Assembly: GCA_963803145.1 (NCBI GenBank)
Contig: CAWDLW010000012.1
Span: forward strand, 160,001 to 224,000
Direction of reading: 5' to 3'
From: Methanotrichaceae archaeon
GTDB lineage: Archaea > Halobacteriota > Methanosarcinia > Methanotrichales > Methanotrichaceae
DNA length: 64,000 nt
Each line of letters begins with the position of its first letter. The stretch's first letter is position 1. Below the pieces are notes generated by a model. That model did no database searches. It was not told where the DNA came from and saw only the letters and a list, made by a program, of their open reading frames with translations. This document shows positions 52,795-62,581 of the stretch, in pieces. The position numbers and the translations under genes are program-made.

Positions 52795-53613
52795 ACGAAT
52801 AAGCTATACGGTACAATAATAGGTGGAGCAGTAGGCTTAATTATAGGCATAATTGGTTTATTACTCTTAAGGATAGAGTATGGTCCGACACATGCAGCCC
52901 ATACGCCGTTAATGATAATAATAACTATAGTCCTGCTCATTATTGGCGCTATTATCGGATACTTCAGCTCTGGAAAAAAGGAGACCATAAAAACGCCCAC
53001 AAACGCAGTGCCACCCAAAATGACCAAAATGAAAATCATCGCTGTGATAGCGCTGGGAATTATCGTGGGGGCGGTGCTGGCATTCCTCACAGGAGGCATT
53101 CTCATTTACTATGAGGCACACACCATGGAAACGAATGTCAATGGCTGGAGCACCACCTTGAATTACGGTGAATGGGGCAACAACATTCTCTTACGGGCAG
53201 CATTCGCCCAGGTCCTTACCGCCGCTAACGTGCCAGCGGAGGCAGTGTACTGGACGACAACCGTGGACAGCACGGGTAGCAAGCTGAACGGAACACATGA
53301 CTATATAATGCACTTCCCCGCCGGAGGGCTCCCTCCAAACAATGCCTTCTGGTCGTTGACAATGGAAGACTCAAATTATTACATGGTGAACAATTCGATA
53401 AATCGTTATAACGTCGGTTCATTGTCGAACCTTACGCCGAACGCGGATGGGTCCGTTGATATTTACATACAGAACGCACCTCCATCCGGCAATGATTCCA
53501 ACTGGCTGCCGGCGCCCTCCGGCGACTTCATGCTGTGGCTGCGTGCCTACCTGCCTGGCCCGGCGATCCTGAACGGTTCGTACCAGGTGCCGCCCGTCGT
53601 GGAGGTGAGCTGA
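52795..53613 (+). CDS. DUF1214-domain membrane protein (apparent ACG start)
   Basis: EAVY, L.G...Y.MHF..LPP..AFWSLT, NADGS.DIYIQ, NWLPAP..F..LR.Y.P; frame open from 52792; GAGGT precedes ACG. Confidence 0.75.
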   Translation, partial: TNKLYGTIIGGAVGLIIGIIGLLLLRIEYGPTHAAHTPLMIIITIVLLIIGAIIGYFSSGKKETIKTPTNAVPPKMTKMKIIAVIALGIIVGAVLAFLTGGILIYYEAHTMETNVNGWSTTLNYGEWGNNILLRAAFAQVLTAANVPAEAVYWTTTVDSTGSKLNGTHDYIMHFPAGGLPPNNAFWSLTMEDSNYYMVNNSINRYNVGSLSNLTPNADGSVDIYIQNAPPSGNDSNWLPAPSGDFMLWLRAYLPGPAILNGSYQVPPVVEVS

Positions 53614-54189
53614 TGCCGAATATCAAACACAAGCAACTGCTCTTGTTCGCCTTAGTAGTGCTCGTAGTGTGGGGGGTAGGCACCGTCGCCTACGTCTACT
53701 ATTATCCGCATCTAATTTACAACGCGTGGGATAATGCGATAATCAATAACGGCGACGGAGCAACGCCAAATTCCACGGGCATTCCCGCCAATACGCTCTA
53801 CACGCTGCCCACCCTCGCTTCCCCGTCCACACACAACAATGTGGCAGGCGGAAACCACGACACGCTCTACACGATAGGCGTGCTTGACCTGAGCAAAGGG
53901 CCGCAGGTTTTGCACGTGCCGAACATGGATAATACGATACTACTGTATCGAGTTCGTCGACCCCTGGGGTGACACCTCCTATGTCGGCCAGCGCACCACC
54001 GGTACTCAGGCGGGTGACTATCTAATGAGTGGACCAGGCTGGAAGGGGAATCTACCATCGGGAATGACGCAGATAGCCTTTTCGGACAATTCCGTGCTGG
54101 TCATCGGAAGGGTGCTCGTGTATAACGATACCGACCTGACGACCGCCTATAACCTATCGAAACAGATACAGCTCACGCCACTGACGTAA
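53613..54189 (+). pseudogene. DUF1254-domain protein, frameshifted
   Basis: NHDTLY..LDLSKGP..VPNM, then after removing 1 nt near 53934 RYYCIEFVD..VGQRTTGT..GPGWKG..GRVLV..QIQLTPLT*. Confidence 0.8.
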
Positions 54190-54538
54190 AGGTTACCGGG
54201 TGCTTATCAAGGCGTATACAATCCTTCGTAGAATGGGCCGAACCTTTCAACATCCGACATTATTGCAACTACTTTACAGGGCGATGAGAAAGGGAAAGCC
54301 CAGATATTTTCAATGAGAAAAGAAAGCGTGGTTCGGCTTTACACCTAAAGTCAATTCTGCACCTAAAGTACTTATTTTTCAAGACTTTAGGTGCAAAGCC
54401 GAATCCTTGGCTAAAGATAAATAAGATCCTTTGAGCATTCAAAAATAAGATTAGGAGATTATTCTTAGCCTGAATATGTTGATGGCTAAGCAGCTTTAGC
54501 TCTTGCTTTTGCAAAATAAGCCAAAAAATCTCAGAAAT

Positions 54539-55369
54539 CTATCCTGGCTTTGTTGCACTAACTTTTATGCTTGATATAGAATCTGATACATCTCTAAGCT
54601 GCTCCTGCGATAGCTTTGGCATATCTTGGATGGGAGATCCTGCAGATTCAGAGACCAGAGACTCAATTGGGAAGGCAGTCTCATCCATAACCATGATGTT
54701 CGTAAAGCCCTCGGATTTGATGATATTCAGGTAATCTTCCTTCATGATTGCACCTGCCAGGCAGCCGATGTATGCATCAGTAGATCTTTTTACAAACTCG
54801 GGCAGATCTCTCAGAAGGACTATATCAGAAACTGCGAGCCTTCCTCCAGGCTTCAAAACCCGAAATGCCTCCTTGAATGCCATATCTTTGCTCGGAACTA
54901 AATTTATGACGCAATTGGATATTACTACATCTACGTAATTATCGGCGACCGGCATATTCTCAAGGTCGCCCTGCCGGAAGTCTATATTGGTGTAGCCTCC
55001 CTTCCTTGCGTTTGCCCTGGCTTTCTCCACCATCTCTGAAGTCATATCAACTCCTATGACCTTGCCGCTCTGGCCCACCTGGTTGGATGCGAGGAAACAG
55101 TCGAAGCCTGCTCCAGAACCCATATCTAGGACGATTTCGCCTTCTTTTATCGATGCCAAAGCCACTGGATTGCCGCAGCCAAGCCCAAGGTTGGACCCTG
55201 GAGGAGCCGCCTGAATCTCCTCATCTGTATAGCCTAATCTTTTGCTGATCTCCTCAGGAAGATCTGTGCATCCGCAACAGCTTTTAGATGCATAATTGGA
55301 TGTAGCTCTCTTTGCTATACGGGCATATCCCTCTCTCACCGCTCTCTTGATCTCACGTTCTTTCATCAT
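54539..55369 (-). CDS. arsM: Arsenite methyltransferase
   Basis: SCCGC, LGLGCGNP, LDMGSGAGFDC, ISNCVINL, GCLAGA. Confidence 0.92.
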   Translation of the reverse strand: MMKEREIKRAVREGYARIAKRATSNYASKSCCGCTDLPEEISKRLGYTDEEIQAAPPGSNLGLGCGNPVALASIKEGEIVLDMGSGAGFDCFLASNQVGQSGKVIGVDMTSEMVEKARANARKGGYTNIDFRQGDLENMPVADNYVDVVISNCVINLVPSKDMAFKEAFRVLKPGGRLAVSDIVLLRDLPEFVKRSTDAYIGCLAGAIMKEDYLNIIKSEGFTNIMVMDETAFPIESLVSESAGSPIQDMPKLSQEQLRDVSDSISSIKVSATKPG

Positions 55370-55570
55370 AATAATACCTTTATTTATTGTGACTTATTTT
55401 TTGAACTTTAATTATCCTCGAGTCGTATCTTTTAATGTTGGTTCTAGGCTTTAATTAATTTTTCTTCGCAATAGAAGATTGCAGCCTTAAAGGTAGTTCA
55501 TCAATCAGTGACTGAAGCTAAAAGATATCATGAAGTAGTTTACCGATGCCGTTAATTTTTGGGAGTCGGA

Positions 55571-56113
55571 TTAGACCTGCCTGAGGAGAGGCTCATATTC
55601 GCCAATCTTCTTTATCAGATCCTGATGCCTAATCCAGAGTCCAATAATGGCTGCCAAAGAGAATGTAAGCCACGCGGCGAACCCCAGCTTCAAATATCCT
55701 ATAAGTGCAGGCTGCTGTGTGTGAACGAACATCGCTGCTGCCAGGGTTACTATTATGGAGAAGAAGATGTTGGCCGAAGGTGCGATGCTATCCCGGTATT
55801 CTGTACAAAAATGCTCCCACTCTCGCTCAGCCGTTCCTGCGCGAGATGCAGGGTGTTTGCCGAGGAAGATGCCGATCCTTTTGATCCTGGAATCTGCAGA
55901 CATAATATATAGATCATAGCTGATAGCAACTAATGGTATAAAATAAAGAAGCCAATATATATCTGCAATCTTGATCCCGAGGTTTACCGAGCTTATGCCG
56001 AAAAGCACTGTGACAAAGGCTAGCTTTCTTGTGACATAATCTGCTCGCTCATTCTGCGTCCTAATTTTCTCCTCATGGAGCGCCCGGAGAAACTCGCGAT
56101 CGCTCTCTTCCAT
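55571..56113 (-). CDS. Hypothetical 4-TM membrane protein
   Basis: Four hydrophobic segments in two pairs. Confidence 0.7.
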   Translation of the reverse strand: MEESDREFLRALHEEKIRTQNERADYVTRKLAFVTVLFGISSVNLGIKIADIYWLLYFIPLVAISYDLYIMSADSRIKRIGIFLGKHPASRAGTAEREWEHFCTEYRDSIAPSANIFFSIIVTLAAAMFVHTQQPALIGYLKLGFAAWLTFSLAAIIGLWIRHQDLIKKIGEYEPLLRQV

Positions 56114-56248
56114 TGCTACCCCAATACAGGAAAGGATCTAATGTATTAATAACTTTTGCATGTGATGTATTACGATGCGAACGAAAAGAGAAAGGCTTAA
56201 AGATACTCAGAAAAATGATATGGCGAGCGTATCCAGATAGCTGGACCC

Positions 56249-57553
56249 TCAGGATATCTCGCAGCTTGCTACAGCATGAATCGCTGATTTAATCTCCTTA
56301 ATCTCTTGCCTTCCTGCCGACCCTTTCGACCCTTTGATACTATGACCCTTCATTTCAGACAGGGCCAAGAGAAGCAGTAGATAATCTTTGATATGCCTGG
56401 TTATAAGGAAATTATTCCTGACATGCTCTTTGCCGTTTATTCCGAGAATCTTCGCATACTCCGGCTCCATCAGGAGTTTCTTCAGATAGAATACTGTTTC
56501 ATCAGATGAACTTGTGAGGATGCCTGAGGTGCCATGATTTATCTGCAGTGGAATTCCTCCTACTGCAGATGCTATTACAGGCTTTGCCTTCCACAGCGCC
56601 TCTGTAACCGTCAGCCCGAATCCCTCTCGGAGCGAGTTTTGAAGCACCACGGTGGATGCCCTCTGTAGCGCATTGATCTCCAGATGGCTCGTTGGCGGAA
56701 GATCAAGGACATGAATATCCGTATCCTCCTTTGCAGCGCATAGAACCTTCTCAAGAACTGCAGGCCCCTCCGGATCGTCAGTGGCACTACCGCCTGCAAG
56801 GACAAGCTGGCAATCGATATCTTCTTTGACCTTCTTATACGCCTCAATGACCCCTATCGGGTTCTTCAGTTTATCAAAGCGAGAGACCTGTGTTACTATT
56901 GGGCGCTCCTGGTCGATTCCAAAGCGGTTAAGGGTTGAGGAGATGAAACCATCGGATAGCTCCTTATTTTTATCGCTCAATGGATCAATTGACGGCGGGA
57001 TGATTATCTGCTCAGCGCCCAGACTTCTCTGTGCATATTTCTGTGCTGAGATTATCGCATAATCATATCTCTTAATATAATTGTTCAAGAAATTCAATGG
57101 TCCCATCTGGGGCTCCGATAGATCGATATGGCATCTCCAGAGCCATGTCCGTCCATCGTCTTCTCTTTTATCGATCAGAGTAATAGGCTGGGGGTCATGA
57201 ACGAGTACAATATCTCCATAGATATCAGTCGCCTCGGCATTCATCCTGCCGATCTCCATGAAATATGCAAGATCATCATTTGTTATATCGGTATTAAATC
57301 CCTGCAATGAATTGTGGAACTTCTTGGTGATGCCGAAGAATCTATCATCGCCTTTTATGACATCCCATCTGATATCGACTCCAAGCTGCTTGAATAAAGG
57401 CAGCATCCTTGAGAGTATCTCGGCTACGCCTCCTCCGACATAGGTCGAGTTTATATTTTGTAGTATTTTTCCCTGGGACCCTTCAGCTAGCGAATATAGT
57501 TCATTTATGGTGTCCTGTCCAACAATGGCTGCGTAATCGTCAATCTTAGGCAT
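56249..57553 (-). CDS. treT: Trehalose synthase-like GT4 glycosyltransferase
   Basis: NST..GGGVAEIL, TKKFHN.LQG, HDPQP, WRCHID, PSIDPLS.KN, QVSRFD..K, REGFGLTVTEA. Confidence 0.88.
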   Translation of the reverse strand: MPKIDDYAAIVGQDTINELYSLAEGSQGKILQNINSTYVGGGVAEILSRMLPLFKQLGVDIRWDVIKGDDRFFGITKKFHNSLQGFNTDITNDDLAYFMEIGRMNAEATDIYGDIVLVHDPQPITLIDKREDDGRTWLWRCHIDLSEPQMGPLNFLNNYIKRYDYAIISAQKYAQRSLGAEQIIIPPSIDPLSDKNKELSDGFISSTLNRFGIDQERPIVTQVSRFDKLKNPIGVIEAYKKVKEDIDCQLVLAGGSATDDPEGPAVLEKVLCAAKEDTDIHVLDLPPTSHLEINALQRASTVVLQNSLREGFGLTVTEALWKAKPVIASAVGGIPLQINHGTSGILTSSSDETVFYLKKLLMEPEYAKILGINGKEHVRNNFLITRHIKDYLLLLLALSEMKGHSIKGSKGSAGRQEIKEIKSAIHAVASCEIS

Positions 57554-57971
57554 ATCCCAACCTCACAGCTTACGTTCCAGCCAATTTTATAAAAGCATTT
57601 TTTATAGATGGAACTCATGTAGAGGCCAGCTAGCTCATCTTTCGGATAACAAGGGTCTTTTCTCTGGAAAATCGTTTTAGCAAATGCAACATGCACAAGG
57701 TTAGGTCAAATGACTTACATGAGAGTAAGTTGGTGCAATTTGGCATGTTCTAGCTCTATAACCTCTATAAATACACTCAGTCACTTGGTGGATTTGATAG
57801 CCGGATGTGGGCACTCATTGGGCTTTCATCGAGACTCATTCTTTTCCCAAAATATCATGAAAGGCAATTACTATTCTATTCGGTATTCACGAGGCCGTCA
57901 GTGATTCATAAACAAAACATTATGATTCTTTCTTAGGTAGGGATTGAATTGCGCCCAAAGAACGAAAATAG

Positions 57972-58089
57972 TCATTAGCTTTACACTTATTCTGGGGCTA
58001 GAGCTAACGGCTACAACTAGCGCCCTCAATCGCCGGGCGGGCTTCCCCTAACCCCTCTCTGGGGGAAGGCTTTAGAAAACGATAGGCTA
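57972..58089 (+). repeat. Long imperfect inverted repeat, left copy
   Basis: Aligns by eye at about 80% identity to the reverse complement of 58693-58808. Confidence 0.85.
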
Positions 58090-58152
58090 TATGGTTGATT
58101 AGAATAAGATGAACGAGCCCTTATTGTGTTTAAGATGAATACTATGGTTCTT

Positions 58153-58377
58153 TCAGTATTCCAGATCCCTTATTAGATCCTTCACTGTTCCTCGTCTAAC
58201 TTCTCCACGTTCGAATGCGTCTTGGGCTTCCTTTACTTCGATTACAAGCTTTGCTCGGCGCTTCTCAATGATACGCTTATTGATGATCTCGATCAACATA
58301 GACTGATCATCGAGGAGCAGAGACTCGACTGCATCGATCAAATCTTGAAAGCTTAAAGACTCTGCTGCACCATTCAT
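58153..58377 (-). CDS. Putative orphan type II antitoxin
   Basis: 74 aa; ..EA...F..GEVRRGTV.DL..L C-terminus resembles RelE/ParE-associated antitoxins; RBS-like AGGT upstream. Confidence 0.6.
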   Translation of the reverse strand: MNGAAESLSFQDLIDAVESLLLDDQSMLIEIINKRIIEKRRAKLVIEVKEAQDAFERGEVRRGTVKDLIRDLEY

Positions 58378-58692
58378 CTAAACCTACCTTCATGGCTTTA
58401 TATCTACAGGGGATTAAATGGATAATAAATTGTTGTTTATCACATGTTAATGAAATCATCCTGTGCAAGAGGATCGCTTACCATCTACAATATCCTACCA
58501 AGGATAATTCATCATTTTGCTGGCGGCTAAATGGACTCAGGCTCTACGATCTTTGGCACTGCTTTTCTGATCCTCTTTACATCCAGCTCAACTGAATGCT
58601 TTCTCTTTGGAGGAATATGAACTATAATATCATGCGTAGGCTCTGAATCTAAGCGCTGATCAAGACTCAATAATCTATCCCCTTTAGCTGTT

Positions 58693-58808
58693 TAGCCTAT
58701 CGTTATCATAAGCCTTCCCCCGTAGAGGGGCCAGGGGTAGCCCGCGCGGCGACTGAGCGCGCTAGGACAGCCATTAGTTTTAGCCCCAAAGTAAGTGTAG
58801 GCTAATGA
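58693..58808 (-). repeat. Long imperfect inverted repeat, right copy
   Basis: Reverse complement TCATTAGCCTACACTTACTTTGGGGCTA..GGGGGAAGGC..ACGATAGGCTA matches 57972-58089. Confidence 0.85.
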
Positions 58809-58860
58809 AAACTCATACAGTCCCAAATGCGAATATTGTTATTAGAGCCTTTTTCGATAT

Positions 58861-59031
58861 CTGTGGCTTGCCAGACGTGCGGCAGAAATAGCCATAGAAT
58901 ATAGTCTCAGGGGCGCTGATGCTATCTATGTAGCTGTTGCCGAGGAATTTGATTCTGCTCCGATATCCTGGAATGCTGAAATGCTACAGAGATGCCCTGA
59001 GTTCGCGCTTACTATGAGCCCAGAAGGGTGA
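58861..59031 (+). pseudogene. PIN-domain (VapC) toxin 3' remnant
   Basis: LARRAAEIAIEYSLRGADAIYVAVAEEF..ISWNAEML matches the PIN C-terminal L.xxDAxYVAxA..LxxxD motif; 5' half absent. Confidence 0.7.
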
Positions 59032-59219
59032 CTGGAAGGATCTGCGGGTACTAAAGTGTAGTATATATCCATATTTTAGCAGTATGGAATGGTACGTGAA
59101 GGATATTAGTAGTAACACCATTTATTCTTGAAGCCAGGGTATCTGAATAGGTATCTTCAGACTTTTTATATTATGCTACAAATCAACTTAATAGCATTGC
59201 ATATTTAGCTAGCGTTTAA

Positions 59220-60690
59220 TTATGCATTCAATAACGTTTTTAGATTCAAATAAACATCAGGAACTGCATTCTCCATAAACCAAGCTGGCAATAATCTCAA
59301 TGCAGTTTCTTTTTTAAATTTTTGACTTTGCCCGAATAAGCCTTCGAGGTTAGGAGATTGATATAATACATTTCCATCGCCTATTAGGGACCTTATTTCG
59401 GTTATCCTTAGTAGAGTGCTTGGCTCTCCTGGATCTTCATCTACAAGAGCAAAGATATTTATATTAAATTTCTTGAGTATCTCTGCCACTGGTTTAATAC
59501 CAGTGTTTCCGCCGCAATCTACAATTGATATATTGTGCTTATTTATCTCAACATTTAATCGCTCTAACGCAATTGTACACGCAATCTTATCGTCTGGCCC
59601 CTCGACTAAAACCACTTTCTCTGCAAAGAAAACTTCATTTAACTCTTCATCAAATTTAGAAGCTGCCTTTATTATATTTATATCTGAGATATTACCCCTA
59701 CCAAAATAGACTTTGGTCTCTTTGTTTTCCTTTTTAACTACGTACACTGATTCAAAGTCAGCAATATTTATAAAACATCGCTCATGCGTTGTGTACATTA
59801 TCTGAACGCCATGAGTAGATAGATCCTTTAAAATGTTATAAAAATGTCTACAACCATGGGGGTGAAGATATAATTCGGGCTCTTCTATAGTTAATATTAA
59901 GGGTTGGCTCACTATTTCGGCATACGTTCTAGCAATAGCTATGGCTACAGCACTTTGAACTCCTGCCCCTTCATCACCCACATCAACATTAACGTCTGAA
60001 TATGCACTTGATATAAAAGGTCGAAGATCCCTTAAGATCATAGTAGGATCAATAATAGACAGACTTAATTCGAGTTCCAATCCAATCTGTTCTTTAACAA
60101 ATTCATTCAACTTAATTTCAGCATCTCTTATATAGGGGGTATAAATTAACTCCATATGATCTATCTAAATCTGTTTTAAATTCCTCTTTGTCATCATTCC
60201 CAATCTGATCTGATACATATTTGATCAATTTACCATAAACAGTCCATCGAGATGGTTTAATTTGCTGATACGCCTGGCGATCCAGAGGTAAATACATCAT
60301 ATTAATGTTATCTTTCATTTGACTGTTTACTCTTATATCTTTTCCACTTGTAAAGTAAGTTAAATTTTGTCCATCGTTATCTATAGCCACATAATCAGTA
60401 TCACGACCGTTGCATGTCAACCGGAATCCATAAACATCATTTGAGAAATATTTTATTGGATTTGAAAATCTTATCTCGATAACGATGTCATTCGATTTAT
60501 TATAGCAGTAGAAGTCTGTCTCATCGAACGATCTGATAGTTGGCCAAGTATTTCCAATAATTAAATTTAGAGCTTTAAGTATATTCGATTTACCTGCACT
60601 ATTGGGACCAATAAAAGCATTTAGGTTCTCAAGTTCGATATCTAAATTTTTTATAGACCTAAAATTTTTTATTATTAATCTATTTATCAT
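59220..60690 (-). pseudogene. OLD-family ATP-dependent nuclease (ABC ATPase plus TOPRIM), split by a frameshift
   Basis: IKNFRSI, GPNSAGKS, EGAGVQS, IEEPELYLHP, TTH, LVEGPDD, LVDED; removing one G from G5 at 60135-60139 joins the ORFs (..NLYPYIRDAE..). Confidence 0.88.
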
Positions 60691-60756
60691 TAAATATCCA
60701 TCCAAATCAAGTTTTGATCCCAATAAGATATAACTTAAAATTAGTATACAGCTCCC

Positions 60757-60786
60757 GAAGCGCGGCGTTTGTCCCCGCCGCGCTTC
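60757..60786. repeat. Perfect 11-bp GC-rich hairpin
   Basis: GAAGCGCGGCG-TTTGTCCC-CGCCGCGCTTC. Confidence 0.8.
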
Positions 60787-60936
60787 TGGAACCGCTCCTC
60801 CCTCCTTGTGATGTAGTTTTGTTTGTTGAGTTATAATTGTTTATCACTGGCCATATTATAGCATGGCCTATATCGAGCGCCTTATTTGGCACTCGTCAAG
60901 ACCATGCTACAACGTCCCATGATATATACTTTACTT

Positions 60937-61929
60937 CTATCTCTGTAGCCACGGCATCATTGAGCGCAGCTCGGCGCCGACCTTCTCTATCGGGTGCTCC
61001 GATTCCTCCTTCTCCAGAGATTTCTTTACCGGCAGCCCTGCCTGCGACTCTAAAATCCATTCGCGTGCAAACTCTCCAGACTGGATCTCGGCCAGGATCT
61101 CCTCCATTTCAGCCCGTGATTCCTCGTTGATGATTCTGGCTCCGCGGGTCATGCCGCCGTACTCTGCTGTGTTTGAGACGTTGTTCCACATCCTCATGAA
61201 CCCGCCCTCGTAGATCAGATCAACGATCAGCTTCAGCTCATGGCACGCCTCGAAGTAGGCGATCTCAGGCTGGTAGCCCGCATCCACAAGCGTCTCGAAG
61301 GCCGCCTTTATCATCTCTGTAACCCCGCCGCAGAGGTCGACCTGCTCGCCAAATAGGTCGGTCTCTGTCTCTTCCTGGAATGTAGTCTCGATAACGCCGG
61401 CGCGTGTTCCTCCAATGCCCTTTGCATACGCAAGCGCCCTTTGTAGCGCCTTTCCGGATGCATCCTGCTCGATTGCAACGAGGCATGGAACGCCTTTTCC
61501 CTCCTGGAACTGGCGCCTCACCAGATCTCCAGGACCCTTGGGAGCGATCATAACGACATCAACGTTCTTCGGCGGCACTATCTGGAAGTAGCGTATATTG
61601 AAGCCGTGCGAGAACCCGAGCACCTTGCCCTCTGTCATATGTGGTGCTATCTGCTCCCTGTAGATCCTGGCCTGCAGCTCATCAGGCAGAAGCATTTGGA
61701 TATAATCTGCTGCCTTGGAAGCCTCTGAGACGCTCATGACCTTGACGCCGTCCTGCTCTGCGCGCCTCCATGCCGGGGTTCCTTGAAGGTCAGCTGCAAT
61801 CACATTAATGCCTGAATCCTTGAGGTTTGCACCCTGGGCATGCCCCTGATTGCCGTATCCTATTATGGCGACGGTCTTGCCCTTCAATGCATGAAGATCT
61901 GCGTCTCCATCACGGTATATTGTTGCCAA
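60937..61929 (-). CDS. ilvC: Ketol-acid reductoisomerase
   Basis: [47 protein letters not shown]. Confidence 0.97.
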   Translation of the reverse strand: MATIYRDGDADLHALKGKTVAIIGYGNQGHAQGANLKDSGINVIAADLQGTPAWRRAEQDGVKVMSVSEASKAADYIQMLLPDELQARIYREQIAPHMTEGKVLGFSHGFNIRYFQIVPPKNVDVVMIAPKGPGDLVRRQFQEGKGVPCLVAIEQDASGKALQRALAYAKGIGGTRAGVIETTFQEETETDLFGEQVDLCGGVTEMIKAAFETLVDAGYQPEIAYFEACHELKLIVDLIYEGGFMRMWNNVSNTAEYGGMTRGARIINEESRAEMEEILAEIQSGEFAREWILESQAGLPVKKSLEKEESEHPIEKVGAELRSMMPWLQR

Positions 61930-62058
61930 ATTTATGCCTCCTTTATTTGCTTTTACTCATGTTACTTAATCTATCATAGTCTAGTGGCAATAAAAATATT
62001 GATGCTTTTGGCGATTATCAAGCCCTGTTTTTGTGGATGAGTACCTATTTGCTCAAAC

Positions 62059-62106
62059 TAAGCCTTAGTCATCTTAAGCCTTAGTCATCTTAAGCCTTAA
62101 TCACCT
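62059..62106. repeat. 16-bp tandem repeat x3 at the ilvN 3' end
   Basis: TAAGCCTTAGTCATCT x2 plus TAAGCCTTAATCACCT. Confidence 0.85.
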
Positions 62107-62581
62107 TCGTGCCCCTCACCATTGAGACCTTGCCAGTTCTTGCAAGCTCCTTGATGCCGTATTGCCTGAGCATATGCACTATGGCATCTACCTTTTCCGA
62201 ATCCCCTGTTACCTCGATTATCATAGACCTTGCAGATACATCGATTATATTTGCCCTGAAGATATCGACCATCTGCATTATCTCACTGCGGCTATCTTTG
62301 TCGGCGCTCACCTTTATCACAGCCAGCTCGCGCTCGACAGACTCCTTAGGTTCAAGCTCGCTTACTCTAATCACATTTATGAGCTTGCTGAGCTGCTTTG
62401 TAACCTGCTCCAATACGTCATCATCCCCTTCGACAGTCAAAGTCATGCGTGAGTATTCGGTGTGATCTGTAGCTCCGACTGAGAGGCTTTCTATATTGAA
62501 CGACCTGCGGCTGAACAGCCCGGCGATCCTTGTCAGTACGCCGGACTTGTTCTCCATTATCACGGCAATGGTGTGCTTCAT
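62090..62581 (-). CDS. ilvN: Acetolactate synthase small subunit
   Basis: [37 protein letters not shown]. Confidence 0.96.
   Translation of the reverse strand: MKHTIAVIMENKSGVLTRIAGLFSRRSFNIESLSVGATDHTEYSRMTLTVEGDDDVLEQVTKQLSKLINVIRVSELEPKESVERELAVIKVSADKDSRSEIMQMVDIFRANIIDVSARSMIIEVTGDSEKVDAIVHMLRQYGIKELARTGKVSMVRGTKVIKA

Larger units (their letters stand above)
52629..54400. mobile_element. Non-autonomous transposon cassette with IS903-like ends carrying DUF1214/DUF1254 genes
   Basis: 18-bp TIRs GGCTTTGCATATAAAGTC (52629-52646) and GACTTTAGGTGCAAAGCC (54383-54400), 16/18; flanks GAATCCTTC / GAATCCTTG (8/9); extra TIR copy at 54335-54352; no transposase. Confidence 0.75.

Noticed and set aside
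60727-60837. Classical integron attC site
   Set aside because: AAC/GTT outer boxes are present, but I find no complementary L boxes at the expected spacing, no second site after the OLD gene, and no integrase in the window
62059-62106. CRISPR array
   Set aside because: Units are 16 bp and directly adjacent with no spacers; no cas genes
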